Assembly: GCF_009914755.1 (NCBI RefSeq)
Contig: NC_060933.1
Origin: the human T2T-CHM13v2.0 reference genome, Homo sapiens
Direction: 5' to 3' (one strand)
Length of the DNA: 64,000 bases
The translations under genes and the position numbers were made by a program. Below, piece by piece: positions 30,919 through 45,454 of this stretch. The notes under the pieces were generated by a model that saw only the letters and a program-made list of their open reading frames with translations, was not told where the DNA came from and searched no databases. The stretch's first letter is position 1; every line of letters begins with the position of its first letter.

Positions 30919-31690
30919 CAGTCATCCTTCAGTAACTGTGGAGGATTGGTTTCAGGACCCCTTGAAAATACCAAAATTCAAGGATGCTTAAGTCCCTTGT
31001 ATAAAATGTTGTAGTATTTGCAAGTAACCTATGCAGGCCCTCCTGTATACTCTAAATCATCTCTAGATTACTTCTAATTCCTATGTGAAAGGAAAATCTT
31101 TTGACCCCCAAATTACTAAGCTAAGGGAAAAGTCAAGCTGGGAACTGCTCAGGACAAACCTGCCTCTCATTGTATTCAAAGTCATCCCTCTGCTCACAGA
31201 AATAGATGCATATTCTGATTGCCTCCTTTGGAAAGGCTTATCGGAAGCTCAAAGACTGCAACCATTTGTCTCTCAGCTACCTATGACCCGGAAGCCCCCT
31301 CCCTGCTTTGAGTTGTCCCTCAGAACCAATGTAGTTCTTACATACATTGATTGATGTCTCATGTCTCCCTAAAATGTGTAAAACCAAGCTGTGCCCTGAT
31401 CACCTTGGGCTCATGTCATCAGGATCTCCTGAGGCTGTGTCATGGATGCACGTCCTTAACTTTGGCAAATAAACCTCCTAAAATGATTGAGACTTGTCTT
31501 GTCATTTTTCTCGATTGACACCTAAGACAATGTAAATGCTATGTAAATAGTTGTTATACTATATTGTTTAGGGAATAATGACCAGAAAAAAATTCTATAT
31601 ATGTTAGTTAAAGATGCAATTATCCTCTCTTTTTTCCCCCCAAATATTTTCAATCTGCAGTTGGATGTGGAACCCACAGAGGGCTGACTG
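30919..31690 (+). mobile_element. MER2 (Tigger MITE) split by a MER4A LTR
   Basis: TA|CAGTCATCCTTCAGTAACTGTGGAGGATTGGTTTCAGGACCCC ... GAGGGCTGACTG termini. Confidence 0.85.
31084..31520 (+). mobile_element. ERV1 solo LTR, MER4A1-like
   Basis: TGTGAAAGGAAAA...GGGAAAAGTCAAGCTGGGAACTGC...GATTGACA; perfect 4-bp TSD CCTA. Confidence 0.9.
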
Positions 31691-31706
31691 TGTATGCACC
31701 CCCCCT

Positions 31707-31707
<1 letters not shown>

Positions 31708-31750
<43 letters not shown>
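31708..31750. repeat. (CA)n microsatellite
   Basis: About 18-20 CA units. Confidence 0.95.
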
Positions 31751-31753
<3 letters not shown>

Positions 31754-32719
31754 ATACACAGTGTATAGAGACACACACACACATCCTGTTCTGTTTCTCT
31801 GGAGAACCCTAACACAAATACTTAACACACATGTATAACGTGTATAAAAACAACATTGTTATTCAAGATAATTATTCATTTTTATTAAAAAAAGTTTTAT
31901 GTGAGAAAATAGGTCTAGAGGAATTTAGAAAAATGTCCAAGGGGACCTCCATAAGCCCCTTGCTCAGCTAGTTAGAGGTAGAGCTGAGAATGAGATCCCT
32001 GAATGATTGACTCAAGAGTTCACCTTCCTTTCCACTGAGCTATGATGGTTCCTGTATCGTTATCTAGTAAATTGGCAATATAGAAGCACTAAATGCTTGG
32101 AGAATACAGAATATGAGGTAGATCTTGATGGCTTCATAGAATCACCTGGGAGGAGAGAAATGTTGAAGTATTCGCAGGCAGGAAACAGTGTTGAAATAAA
32201 ACCTTAAAGGAGAGGATGAGGGTAATATGTCTGTAGGTTTGGATGGTTATAGGGTAGATGTACTATAAGTGAAAAAAAATCAAGGTATGGAGCAGTATGA
32301 ATGTCACCCTTATTATATGAATATATGTATGTATATATACATGTAATCAGTTATTTAAAAAACACGCATGTGTGTGTGTGTGTGTGTGCTCACAGGCACA
32401 CATGTGCATGAGTTGCATGGGTGTGTAAGGAAACCCGGCCTGCACCTCCAGGTCGGAAAAGTAACCACTGCACTGAGGACTGAGTCCCCTAACCCTTAAG
32501 GAGAGAGTGAATAGATTTGTGAATACATTTGTGTTACCAACGGATCATCCATTAAAATGTTCCATGTAGGTTTCACAAGGAATGTATTTTGTTGGAGGAT
32601 AGGGTAGCGTTGAGAATCTTTTCTTTTTTTCATTTGGCTCCTTCCTTAGTGTTTACATTTTTTTATCATGTTCATGAAATTCTTTTTGTAATAATAATTT
32701 TAAAAACTAGTGCAAATTA

Positions 32720-33023
<304 letters not shown>

Positions 33024-33106
33024 TTAAAAAGAAAGGAGTACTTATTACCACTGAATTTTATACTTAAAAATAGTTAAAATGGTAAATTATGTATATTTGA
33101 CTGCAA

Positions 33107-33200
33107 TAGAAAGAAGAGAAAGAGAGAGGCAGGGGGTGAGAGGAGAAGTGGGGGAGAGAGAGAGAAGAGAGGAGAGAAAAGGAGAGGACAGGGAAGGGAA
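33107..33200. repeat. Polypurine (GA-rich) low-complexity tract
   Basis: About 90 nt, almost all A/G. Confidence 0.8.
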
Positions 33201-33982
33201 CACAAGCTTTAGATTGATAAATATGGGACTAAAAACAAATGTGTAAAAATTCTTCTACTTTTCCTGAAATGGGTCTATTATTGATGTGGTGTACGCTGAA
33301 AAGAAAATGTGCAACTTGGACAATTACGAAGAACCCCAGTAGGCAAGGAAAGGCAAAAAGAGCAACCTTTGGTGACGGTATTTCTGGCCACCTCCTACTT
33401 TCAAGTTGACGATGGGGCTGGGCTAACAGAAGCCCCTGCCAGGCCTGTTTCCTGCAGAAGTCTGGACTTGGAGCCTCAGGAGGCTCCTCCAGGAGCTGCC
33501 AGGCTGGCAGCATGATCTATCTGGACTTGTGCCCACATTGTTCTTTCACTCGCTTTTCCATTCAAAACCGAGACAAAATAAAAATGTCCCAGACACCTGG
33601 GTCCCCTGTGTTAGAACTGGCACCAGAAAACTTTTCCTGGCCAGGTGCCCACCAGAGTGGAGAGGAAGGTCCACACACTAGGCCATTGAGGAGATGGACG
33701 CCATGCCAAAGCAGCTTGCACTGCGGCCGGCTGGAATTATCTAGAAAAGCAGGGTCCTGATCCAGCCAGTCGGCTGCAGTAAACCTTTGTGGCTTCACAG
33801 CTGTGCCTGATCTGGCTCGTGTCCCTTTCAGGCCTCGGCTTTTGACCTTCTCTGTGCCTGTCCAACAGGACTTCACTGTTTGGGCCTCACATCACTGCTC
33901 CTCCTGTGGGGAGAGAATAAGATTGAATGCAGACATTTTGACACAGCCTTAAAAAAAACTGTGATCAAATAAACATAAAATT

Positions 33983-34275
33983 TGGTAGAGCATGGAGACT
34001 CATGCCTGTAAACCCAGCACTTTAGGAGGCTGAGGCAGGAGGATCTCTTGAGCCCATGAGACCAGCCTGGGCCATATAGTGACCCCTTGTTTCTGCAAAA
34101 AAATTGAAAAAATTAGCTGGCTATAGTGGCATGCATCTGTAATCCCAACTACCCGGGAGGCTGAAGTGGGAGGATTGCTTGAGCCTAGGAGGTCGAGGCT
34201 GCAGTGAGCTGTGACTGGGCTACTGCACTCCATTCTGGGCAACAGAGTGACAGCCTGTCTCAAATAATAATAACA
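33983..34275 (+). mobile_element. AluJ
   Basis: Sense dimer; AACATAAAA flanks both sides. Confidence 0.9.
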
Positions 34276-34396
34276 TAAAAATTACCATTTCAGCCATTTC
34301 TAAGTGAACATTTCAGCGGTGTTAAGTACATTCCCAACATTGTGCTCAAGGTAGCCTTTTGATGCAGGGGACATGTTGAGGTAGGCCACTCAATGA

Positions 34397-34743
<347 letters not shown>

Positions 34744-35274
34744 TAAAAATTTTGAAAGAACAGACAGTGACCAACCATTCACCTAGATTGCCATTTGTTA
34801 GCATTCTCCTCCATTTCTCTGTCTCCCTCTCTCTCCATCTCTCCCTCTCTCACTGTGTCCTAGTTTGTTTTTGCTGAAGCGTTTGAGATTAAGTTGCAGG
34901 CATCATGATGACAAGTTACTGTTAAATCCTTCTCATGTATCTCCTAAAAACAAGGACATTCTTCTTCAAAGCCCTCAAGCTCTTGTTTTTGTTTGTTTTT
35001 ACAGTTCAGGATCTAAAGATCACATCTCACTTAGTTGTTATGTTTCCTTAGTATCCTTGAATCTAGAACATTTCCCCAGTCTTTGTATTTGTGTGTGTGT
35101 GTTCACATGTATGTGTATGTGTGTTTGTGCATGTGTGTGTGTGTGTCTTTCTTGACATTGCCACTTCTGAAGAGCCTAGGCGGGTTATTTTGCAGAATAT
35201 TCCTTATTTGTTTTTGTCTGATTGTTTTGTGTTTGGATCCAAGTTAAGTATTATTGGTAAAAAGGCTATTATCT

Positions 35275-35640
35275 TGACATTCAATGGTGTACAGCAATTC
35301 AATTCTGGTACTAACCACCTGGAGTTAGCGTAGATCCCACAAGCAAAGGACATAGTTCCCAAGAAGACTGCCTTCAATTGTCCACCAGAATGAACTCAGT
35401 CTCCAGCCCCCTCCCCCTTCCCAGAGGATGTGCTGGCTGAAAGTCCCAATCCTCTAATCATGTGGTTGGTCTTACAGATAACTAGTCCCCATCCTGAAGC
35501 CATCTGGGGACCCACACTGAGTTACTTCTTTTGCATAAACTCAGAGGTGATACATTTAATAAATGTATAACCAAGGGTTATAAAAGCTCCATAGCAAAAA
35601 TCATGGATAAACACCAGACAAATTCTTTATTATACAGCAG
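35275..35640. mobile_element. MER21-family LTR fragment
   Basis: CAATTCAATTCTGGTACTAACCACCTGGAGTTAGCGTAGATCCCACA...GCTGAAAGTCCCAATCCTCTAATCA. Confidence 0.65.
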
Positions 35641-35813
35641 CTATGATGGCCATTTTGTGTCCTTAGTTTATTACATCAGGAAGTCCACGATGTGTTTGTT
35701 CCATCATTGCTGAGGTCAAAGTTGGTGAGGTTTGTCATATTTCTTCATTGCAAAGATATTTTGTGTGATATTTTGAATATCTGATTTCCCAAAATCAAAA
35801 TCTTTTCACTCAA

Positions 35814-35995
35814 ATATATACACATATATACGTATATATACACATATATATGTGTATATATACGTATATATGTGTATATATACGTATATATGTGTATATA
35901 TACGTATATATAAATATATATACGTATATATAAATATATATACGTATATATAAATATATATACGTATATATACACATATATACGTATATATATGC
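35814..35995. repeat. Interrupted (TA)n minisatellite (~20-bp period, TATATATACGTATATATA cores)
   Basis: Seen directly; lies between the AluJ TSD and its poly-T. Confidence 0.92.
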
Positions 35996-36298
35996 ATTTT
36001 TTTTTTTTTTCTGAGACAGGATCTTGCTCTCTCACCCAGGCTGGAGTGCTGTGGTACCATCATAGCTGACTGCATCCTTGAACTCCTAGGCTCAAGAGAT
36101 TCTCTTGCCTGTGCCTCCCAAGTTAGCTAGGACTACAGGCACACACTCACCATGCCTGGCTAATCATTTTCATTTTTTGTAGAGACAGGAGTCTAGCTAT
36201 GTTGCCCAGACTTGTTTCAAACTCCTGACCTCAAGAGATCATCCTGCCCCAGCCTCAAAAGGGCTGGGATTCCCAGCATGGGCCACCGCACCCAGCCT
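35996..36298 (-). mobile_element. AluJ
   Basis: Antisense dimer; TCACTCAAA at ~35806 and ~36298. Confidence 0.92.
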
Positions 36299-36326
36299 CA
36301 CTCAAAGATTTTAAGATTTTTGAGAA

Positions 36327-36668
<342 letters not shown>

Positions 36669-37498
36669 TCAATGAATATTAATATTCATTGATAATTCTT
36701 GGCTGAATCAACTGTTGCAAACTGGTGATTTTCTAATTCAATCATTTATTCTCCATTTATTAGCTGGTATTTTTATGCAAAGAAGAAGTTTCTTTTTGCC
36801 CTGTTCCATTCCATTTAAAATTTTCAAGATATTGTAATGAACACATGGGTTCTGTTACTCTTACTATTTTTGTGCTCAGTTATTCCAGATTTGGCCAGTG
36901 AGAGCTCCTTCAGGGTGGCTCCTGTGTCCCACTTTGATCAGTTACTTACTGTTTGGCACCACATGATGCTGATTAGGTTATTATGATTTGGGACCACCTG
37001 ACACAGGCTAAAAAATAAAGCAATCATTAGTCATTATATAGTCAGTAAGACAGGCTTCCTCTCTCCCCAAGATTTTTTTAATCACTGACCCCATTCTCTG
37101 GGGAAGAGGTCCCACATGAAGTGGCTTTTCTGGCTGTAGTGAAGGATGGGTGGGAATTAGACCAATAGATCACAAATAGAAGACTACAGATCGCTAGACT
37201 GGCTTGTCCAGAAAGAACTGTCAAGTCCAGTGATGACTCTAAGAATTTGGACTTAAGAATTTGGCTTCATGGACTGCACAGTAAAAACTATATATTTGTC
37301 TCAATAATAGCAGTTTGCTTTCCATTAATACAGCTTTTAAATGCATACTTCTTATTGCAGGCTTTCTAATTATAATATATATCAGATTTATACTCAGTAT
37401 TGCAGGGAACTGTTGCAGGGATAAAGAGGAGAGAAGAAATTTTAGCTAAAAATGATTGCTAAAATATAGCAATCAGCTTATACAGTATTAAAATATAA

Positions 37499-37559
37499 TA
37501 CTGTATAAGCTGGATCTAAACACAAGTTGTAAATTATTCAAAACCTTCAAAAGACCCCT
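37499..37559 (+). repeat. 61-bp dispersed direct repeat, copy 1 (copy 2 at 39997-40057)
   Basis: TACTGTATAAGCTGGATCTAAACACAAGTTGTAAATTATTCAAAACCTTCAA(A/C)AGACCCCT; 60/61 identical. Confidence 0.95.
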
Positions 37560-37600
37560 CCACTTCCCGGAGTATAGCAAATATATTTGCTAATGCTTTA

Positions 37601-37748
37601 CTGCATTGTAGGATGCTGAGCAGCATCCCTGTCCCACACCCATTAGATACTAGTAGAACCCCCTTTCAGCTGTGACAACCAAAAGTATCTCCAGACTTTG
37701 CCAAGTGTGTCCTGAGAAGCAAAAGTACCTTTAGTTGAGAACCACAGG
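37601..37748 (-). mobile_element. MER20, truncated
   Basis: TGCATTGTAGGATGCTGAGCAGCATCCCTG...TGTGACAACCAAAA...GTTGAGAACCACAG. Confidence 0.85.
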
Positions 37749-37817
37749 GTTAAGAGTAAAGAAGCTCTATTGCAGGCATCACTGGTAATAAAAAGAATAC
37801 ATTTACTTATTGATTGA

Positions 37818-38177
<360 letters not shown>

Positions 38178-38535
38178 TAAATGAAAAGAGCTGCATCAAG
38201 GTGGCTGCCTTAAATTGTCTTTGCTTCAGACTGGTCCCTCACATCATGCATCACTCGCACCAAAATAGCCTTTCATCTTTTTGCCTCACTCCCCTATCCC
38301 CTGTCTTGCTGGCTTCTGCCTTGGATCTTGGCCTAAATGTCACTTTCAGGGGAATTCTTGGCACATCTGAGCTGGTTTTCATACACCTGATATATGTATC
38401 CAACACATCCTGTCCTTCTTTTGTTTATAATGCTTGTCACATTTGGAATTACCTGGTCAATGTCTATCTATCCTACTTGACTGTATGCTCAGTAAGAACT
38501 GGGGCACTGCTAGATTTATTACTACATCTCATAGG

Positions 38536-39172
38536 TTATATAGGAGTTAGGAAGAAATTATTTAGGCAGAGAGTGAGAGTAAGGAAGCCCTCCGTAAGGT
38601 TTTCCTTTTAATGAAAAGCAGCCCCCAAATCATTTTCTTTTCTAACAAAGAGCAGCCTATAAAATCGAGCTGCAGACACAGAAAGGCAGGCTAGAAGCTT
38701 GCACGGGTGAATGCTGGCAGTTGTGCCAATAGGAAAAGTCCACCTGGGACTAGGCATGTTCAAAATGGCAGTTCCAACTTCCCTCTTCCTTTCCAACCAT
38801 GTGTGCAGTAGGGAGCAGACAACATGGCCTGGCCAAGTGGAAAGCTCATTTGCATAATAAGACTAGGGTTGGGTGTCCAGCTTCCCAGCGTGCTTTGTAA
38901 AGGAAGAACCTGCTCTAACCAATCTTTGGGCCCTATGTAAATCAGACTCCGCCTCCTCACGCCTGTCTATAAAATCCAGTGCATTCTGCTTTAGGCTGGA
39001 AGTTCCACGTGGGGGCTCTTCTTTCTCACAGGAGAGAGCTATTCTCCTTTCTTTTTCTTTTGCCTATTAAACCTCTGCTCTTAATCTCGCTCCACATGTG
39101 TCCATGTCCTTGATTTCCTTGGTATGAGACAATGAACCTCCAGTACTACCCCAAACAAATGATGCTGCTTCA
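38536..39172 (+). mobile_element. ERV1 solo LTR, LTR9-like, inserted into an L2 3' end
   Basis: GGAAGAAATTATTTAGGCAGA...AAAAGCAGCCCCCAAATCA...GCTGCTTCA; 4-bp TSD TAGG; TATAAAA at ~38968 and ATTAAA at ~39066. Confidence 0.85.
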
Positions 39173-39354
39173 TAGGGTCTGACATTGAGTATATGCCAAA
39201 TAAATATTTGAAATTAATTCTCTTTGATTTCAAAATTATTCAAATTTAAGGTCATGTATGCCATTATTCTTTTTAATTATAATTAATGCACTTTGACTCT
39301 TGTGAAAAAAGATGAGAAGACACATAAAGTACTCGTGAAGAAAATCAATTAACT

Positions 39355-40105
<751 letters not shown>

Positions 40106-40124
40106 TCATTGAGAACTTCTGGAA

Positions 40125-40430
40125 CAGGATACTTTGGACTGCAAATAACAGCCCAATTCAAGATGACCTAAACAGAAAGAAAATGATCATTATTTCACAT
40201 AATAAGTTCAAAGATGAGTGGGCTCAGGATTGGATAACAAGTGGCTCAGTAACATCTTTGAATACCTGGGTTCTTTCATCTTTTCTGCCTGGCCACCTGC
40301 CTGTATTAGCTTTGTTCTCAATCTGGCTGCCTCACAGTGACAAAATGGCTGCCCTTATTCTAGACATTGCATCCAGCACATCATCAAGCAGAAAAAGGCA
40401 CTGTCTCTTCCTTTGTGTTTCATTTTAAAT
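40125..40430 (-). mobile_element. Old MaLR LTR (MLT1 family) fragment
   Basis: GACTGCAAATAACAG...CAAAATGGCTGCC...CAGACATTGCATCC pattern. Confidence 0.5.
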
Positions 40431-40802
40431 TTAAAAAAATTTACTTTTAAATTTACATTTAGTAAAGTTCACTTTATATTGTAGAGGCCTTTGAGTTTTG
40501 ACAAATATGTAGTAATCTCCACTGTTCAAGATAAAAAGCAGTTTTATTATCCTCAAAAATTTTGGGGCTGTCCTTTTGTAGTTAACCGTCCCTCCAGCCC
40601 TTACCCTGGCAACTACTGACTACTTTTTTGACCCCATAGCTTTGCCTTTTCCACAATGAATTCTTACAGCATATAACCTTTGGGGTCTGGCTTATTTCAT
40701 TCAGCACAATGCATTTGAATTTAAACAACATTTTTGCTTATGTTTATTAATAGTTTTTTCTTTTTATTGGTGTGCAATATTCCATCATATGTAAATGGGA
40801 AG

Positions 40803-41135
40803 GGTATTAGTCTGTTTTCAAGCTGCTGATAAAGACATACCCAAGACTGGGTAATTTATAAAGAAAAAGATTAATGGACTCAGTTCCAAGTGGCTGGGGA
40901 GGCCTCACCGTCATGGCAGAAGGCAAAAGGCAAGTCTTACATGGCAGCAGACAAGAGAGAATGAGAACCAAGCGAAAGGAGTTTCCCCTTATAAAACCAT
41001 CAGATCTTATTCACAACAGGGAAACCACCCCCATGATTCAGTTATCTCCCACTGGGTCCCTCCAACAACACGTGGGAATTATGGGAGCTACAATTCAAGA
41101 TGGGATTTGGGTGGGGACACAGGCAAACCATATCA
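40803..41135 (-). mobile_element. THE1B-like MaLR LTR
   Basis: GTATTAGTCTGTTTTC...GCTGCTGATAAAGACATACCC...GGGGACACAGGCAAACCATATCA. Confidence 0.92.
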
Positions 41136-41139
41136 GTGA

Positions 41140-42110
41140 GGAAACCTAGTTTTCTCCCCACCCTTCATTGTTCTTAGTTGAAAGCTACCCCTGTAACAAA
41201 AAGTAGATTAACAAGAGAAAAAAGAAATAGAAGTTTATCCACATGCATACCTTGTATATATACATGGTTTCCCCATCTACCAAGGGAAAAATGGGTAAAT
41301 CTCAAAGAGATGGCTTTGGGTTCAGGCTGACATACCATCATCCCCTAAAGGAAAGACAGAAGAGTGTGGAAGGAAGGCCAGTTGTGGGGAGGTGATCAGG
41401 AAAAGTGTAAACAAGAGCAAGGTGTTTTGCAGATGTAAGTCTAAGTGCCTTCTCCATTGATTAGATCCTCCAGTGATTTTTAGTCATCCTTCTCTTCCTG
41501 TTGCAGAGAATAGAGTAAGACACCCTTGCAAATGAAAATTTCCTTTATAGATGTAAATTTCCCTTACAAAAAGCTAACTTCTGCTTTAGAGCTTCTCTTG
41601 TGACTGCAGTCTCTCAAAATAATCATTAAAATCATCCTCATGCCTGTTAAATCAAGTTTAGCCTAAAGCTGCCTCCTGACATTTTATGTTTGGCCTAAAG
41701 GTTTCTCTGTACAGAGTGAACTTTAACATAACTGGATGTGTAAATAGACTGTAACCTACTCTCGTGCCAATCACAAAGTTTTGGCCAATCAAAGGTGGCC
41801 AACTGTTCAAATAAAGCAAAGGCTAAGCTGTAACTAATCCAGCTGTTTCTGTACCTCACTACCATTTTCTGTGCATCATTTTCCTTTTTCTGTCCATAAA
41901 TCTTCTTTGACCACAAGGCAGCTCCGAGTCTCTCTGCACTATTCTAGCTTGGGGGCTGCCCAATTTGTGAATTGTTGCTTGATCAATTAAACTCTGTTAA
42001 ATTTAATTTGTCTAAGGTTTTTCTTTTAACATGCCAAAAAGACATATTTTGGGGTTGCATATTCTAGTCTCCTACAGTCATATTTTGGTGGCATATATTT
42101 GGTCTCACAC
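41140..42110 (-). mobile_element. MER34-family LTR split by MER57
   Basis: Minus strand begins TGTAGGAGACTAGAATATGCAACCCCAAAATATG; CTGTAACAAAAAG...ATTAACAAGAGAAAAA. Confidence 0.7.
41645..42031 (+). mobile_element. MER57-family solo LTR
   Basis: TGTTAAATCAAGTTTAGCCTAAAGCTGCCTCC...CTTTTAACA; TSD TGCC. Confidence 0.88.
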
Positions 42111-42216
42111 ATGGATAGATTAATTTCTTTTTCTATTTCCTAGTTCAATGATAGTTGGATCATTTCCAGTTTGGGGCAGTTATGAATAAAACTGCTATAA
42201 GTATTTGCTTATAGTA

Positions 42217-42508
42217 TTTTTTTGTGTGTGATGGAGTTTTGCTTATGTTGCCCGGGGTGGAGTGCAATGGCATGATCTTGGCTCACTGCAACCTCTGCCT
42301 CCCGGTTCAAGTGATTCTCCTGCCTCAGCCTCCTGAGTAGCTGGGATTACAGGTATGAGCCACCATGCCTAACTAATTTTGTATTTTTAGTAAAGATAGG
42401 GTTTCTCCATGTTTGTCAGGCTGGTCTCGAACTCCTGACCTCAGATAATCCGCCCACCTTGGCCTCCCAAAGTGCTGTGATTACAGGCGTGAGCCACCGT
42501 GCTCGGCA
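42217..42508 (-). mobile_element. AluSp-like
   Basis: Antisense dimer. Confidence 0.93.
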
Positions 42509-42683
42509 GTGAACATAAATTTATGGGTTTGTGTCAACATAAATTTATGGGGAGTTTTTGGGTAAATACGTAGAAGTATGGTACATACTCTTACCATATG
42601 ACATGGTACCAAGTCATATGGTAAGAGTATGTTTAGCTTTATCAGAAACTGCAAAAAGTGGTTGCACCATTTTGCATTCCTAC

Positions 42684-43656
<973 letters not shown>

Positions 43657-44059
43657 GAGCTAGCATTGTATACAAGTGACAATTGTTCTGCATCTTCAAC
43701 AGCACTTAATATTATCATTTTTAAAAGTCAGCCATTCTAATAGATGTGTAATGGTATATTACTGTGGTTTTAATTTGCATTTCCCTGATGCAAACTGAGT
43801 TTAGCATCCTTTCATGTGCTTATTTGCCATCTATATACCTTCTTTAATAAAGATCTTGTTCAAATGTTTTGCCCATGTTTTTACTTTTATCTTTTCTTAC
43901 TGTTGAGTTTTGAAAGTTCTTTATATATTCTGGATGTGAGTTCTTTGTTGTATATGTGTTTTGCCCATGTATCCTTCATAGCCTGTGGATTGTCTTTTCA
44001 TTTGCCTAAAGCTACCTTTTATGAAGCAAAAGATTTTAATTAAAAAAAAAAAAAAACAT

Positions 44060-44188
44060 AGAGACAGGGTCTTACTATGTTGCCCAGGCTAATCTCGAAC
44101 TCCTGGGCTCAAGCAATCCTCCTGCCTTGGCCTCCCAAAGTGCTGAGATTACAGGCGTGAGCCAGGCGTGAGCCAGGCGTGCCTGGCC
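44060..44188 (-). mobile_element. FLAM/Alu monomer
   Basis: Antisense left monomer with an AGGCGTGAGCC slippage repeat; GATTTTAATT flanks. Confidence 0.85.
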
Positions 44189-45165
44189 CAGGATTTTAAT
44201 TTTGGTGAAGTCAAACTTATCACTTTTTCTTTCATTGATTGTGCTTTGGTTGTCAAACTGAACAAGTCCTTTCCTAACCCAAGCTCACAAAGGTTTTCTT
44301 CTAAAAGTTCTAAGTTTTCCATTTAGATCTGGGCTCCATTTTAAATTAGCTTTTTTTTTTATAACATAGGAGGCATAGGAAGAAATGCAATGTTTTTGCT
44401 TATGGATGTCTGATTTTTCAGCACCATCAATTGAAAAGATCATCCTTTCTTTGAATTTCCTTTGTCCCTCAGTCAAAATGGGTAGAGCTGATTTGTGTGG
44501 ATCTGCTTCTGGACTCTACTCTGTTGCACTGATTTGTGTTTGTGATTTCATGTCTCACCAATATCAAACTATCTTGATTACTGCAGCTTATCACAGTAAG
44601 TCTTGAAGTCATAAGTATAAATTTATCATCTGTTTTTCTTTTGCAAAATTGTTTTCTCTAATCTCTTTCCTTTGCCCATCATATAACTTGTAGCATCAGC
44701 TTATCCATATATACAAAAAATTTCTGATATTTTGCTTGAGACTGTGTTGAACCTATAGATCAATTTGGGGAGAATTGACATGTTAATATTGAGTTTTTCC
44801 AATTCATAAGCTCACTCTTTTAGTTTTCTTTTAAGACTGAAAAATTGCTAAGAAGAGTGGTGTTGACATGACAGGTTTAAACCAGTGTTTTTGCCTTATG
44901 ATCCATTAGTTGGCTGGGAAATGAAATTCAGTGAATCAGAGTCATCATTAGAAAATGAAATAGAAGAACCATACCAGAGCATAATGCACATTACAAAGGT
45001 GAATATTATTTCATTAAGTTTTCTTTTCCATTTTCTCTAAAGTTATGTAGATGCATGTGTGTGCTAGGTTGCCATGCAAAGTTTGTTTCTTACTCTAAGT
45101 CGTAGCCTAAAATGTTTTTGATCTTAGATATAATTCTGAAGATAGAGTCATCTTCTGTAGTGAAT

Positions 45166-45432
45166 TTTTTTCTTTTTGAGACAGTATCTCATTCTGTTGC
45201 CCAGGCTGGAGTGCAGTGGCCTGATCTTTGTTCACTGCAGCCTCCACTTCTCCCGGGTTCAGTGATCCTCCCAACTCAGCCTACTGAGCAGCTAAGACCA
45301 CAGGCATGAGCCACCATGCCCAGCTAGTTTTATTATTTTTGCCCAGGCTAATCTTGAACTCCTGGCCTCAAATGATCCTCCCCCCTCGGCCTCCCCCAGT
45401 GCTGGGATTACAGACATGAGCCACAGTGTCCA
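45166..45432 (-). mobile_element. AluJ with deletion
   Basis: Antisense dimer. Confidence 0.88.
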
Positions 45433-45454
45433 TCTGTAAGTTCTTATAATTTGT

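Larger units (their letters stand above)
30476..31821 (+). mobile_element. HERV-L LTR (MLT2D-like) hosting nested MER2 and MER4A
   Basis: Starts TATGATGATTGATTTTATGTGTCAACTTGGCTAGG; resumes after the insertions with CATCCTGTTCTGTTTCTCTGGAGAACCCTAAC. Confidence 0.8.

Noticed and set aside
35745-36075. Tyr/Ile-rich ORFs
   Set aside because: Translation of the TA-rich minisatellite.
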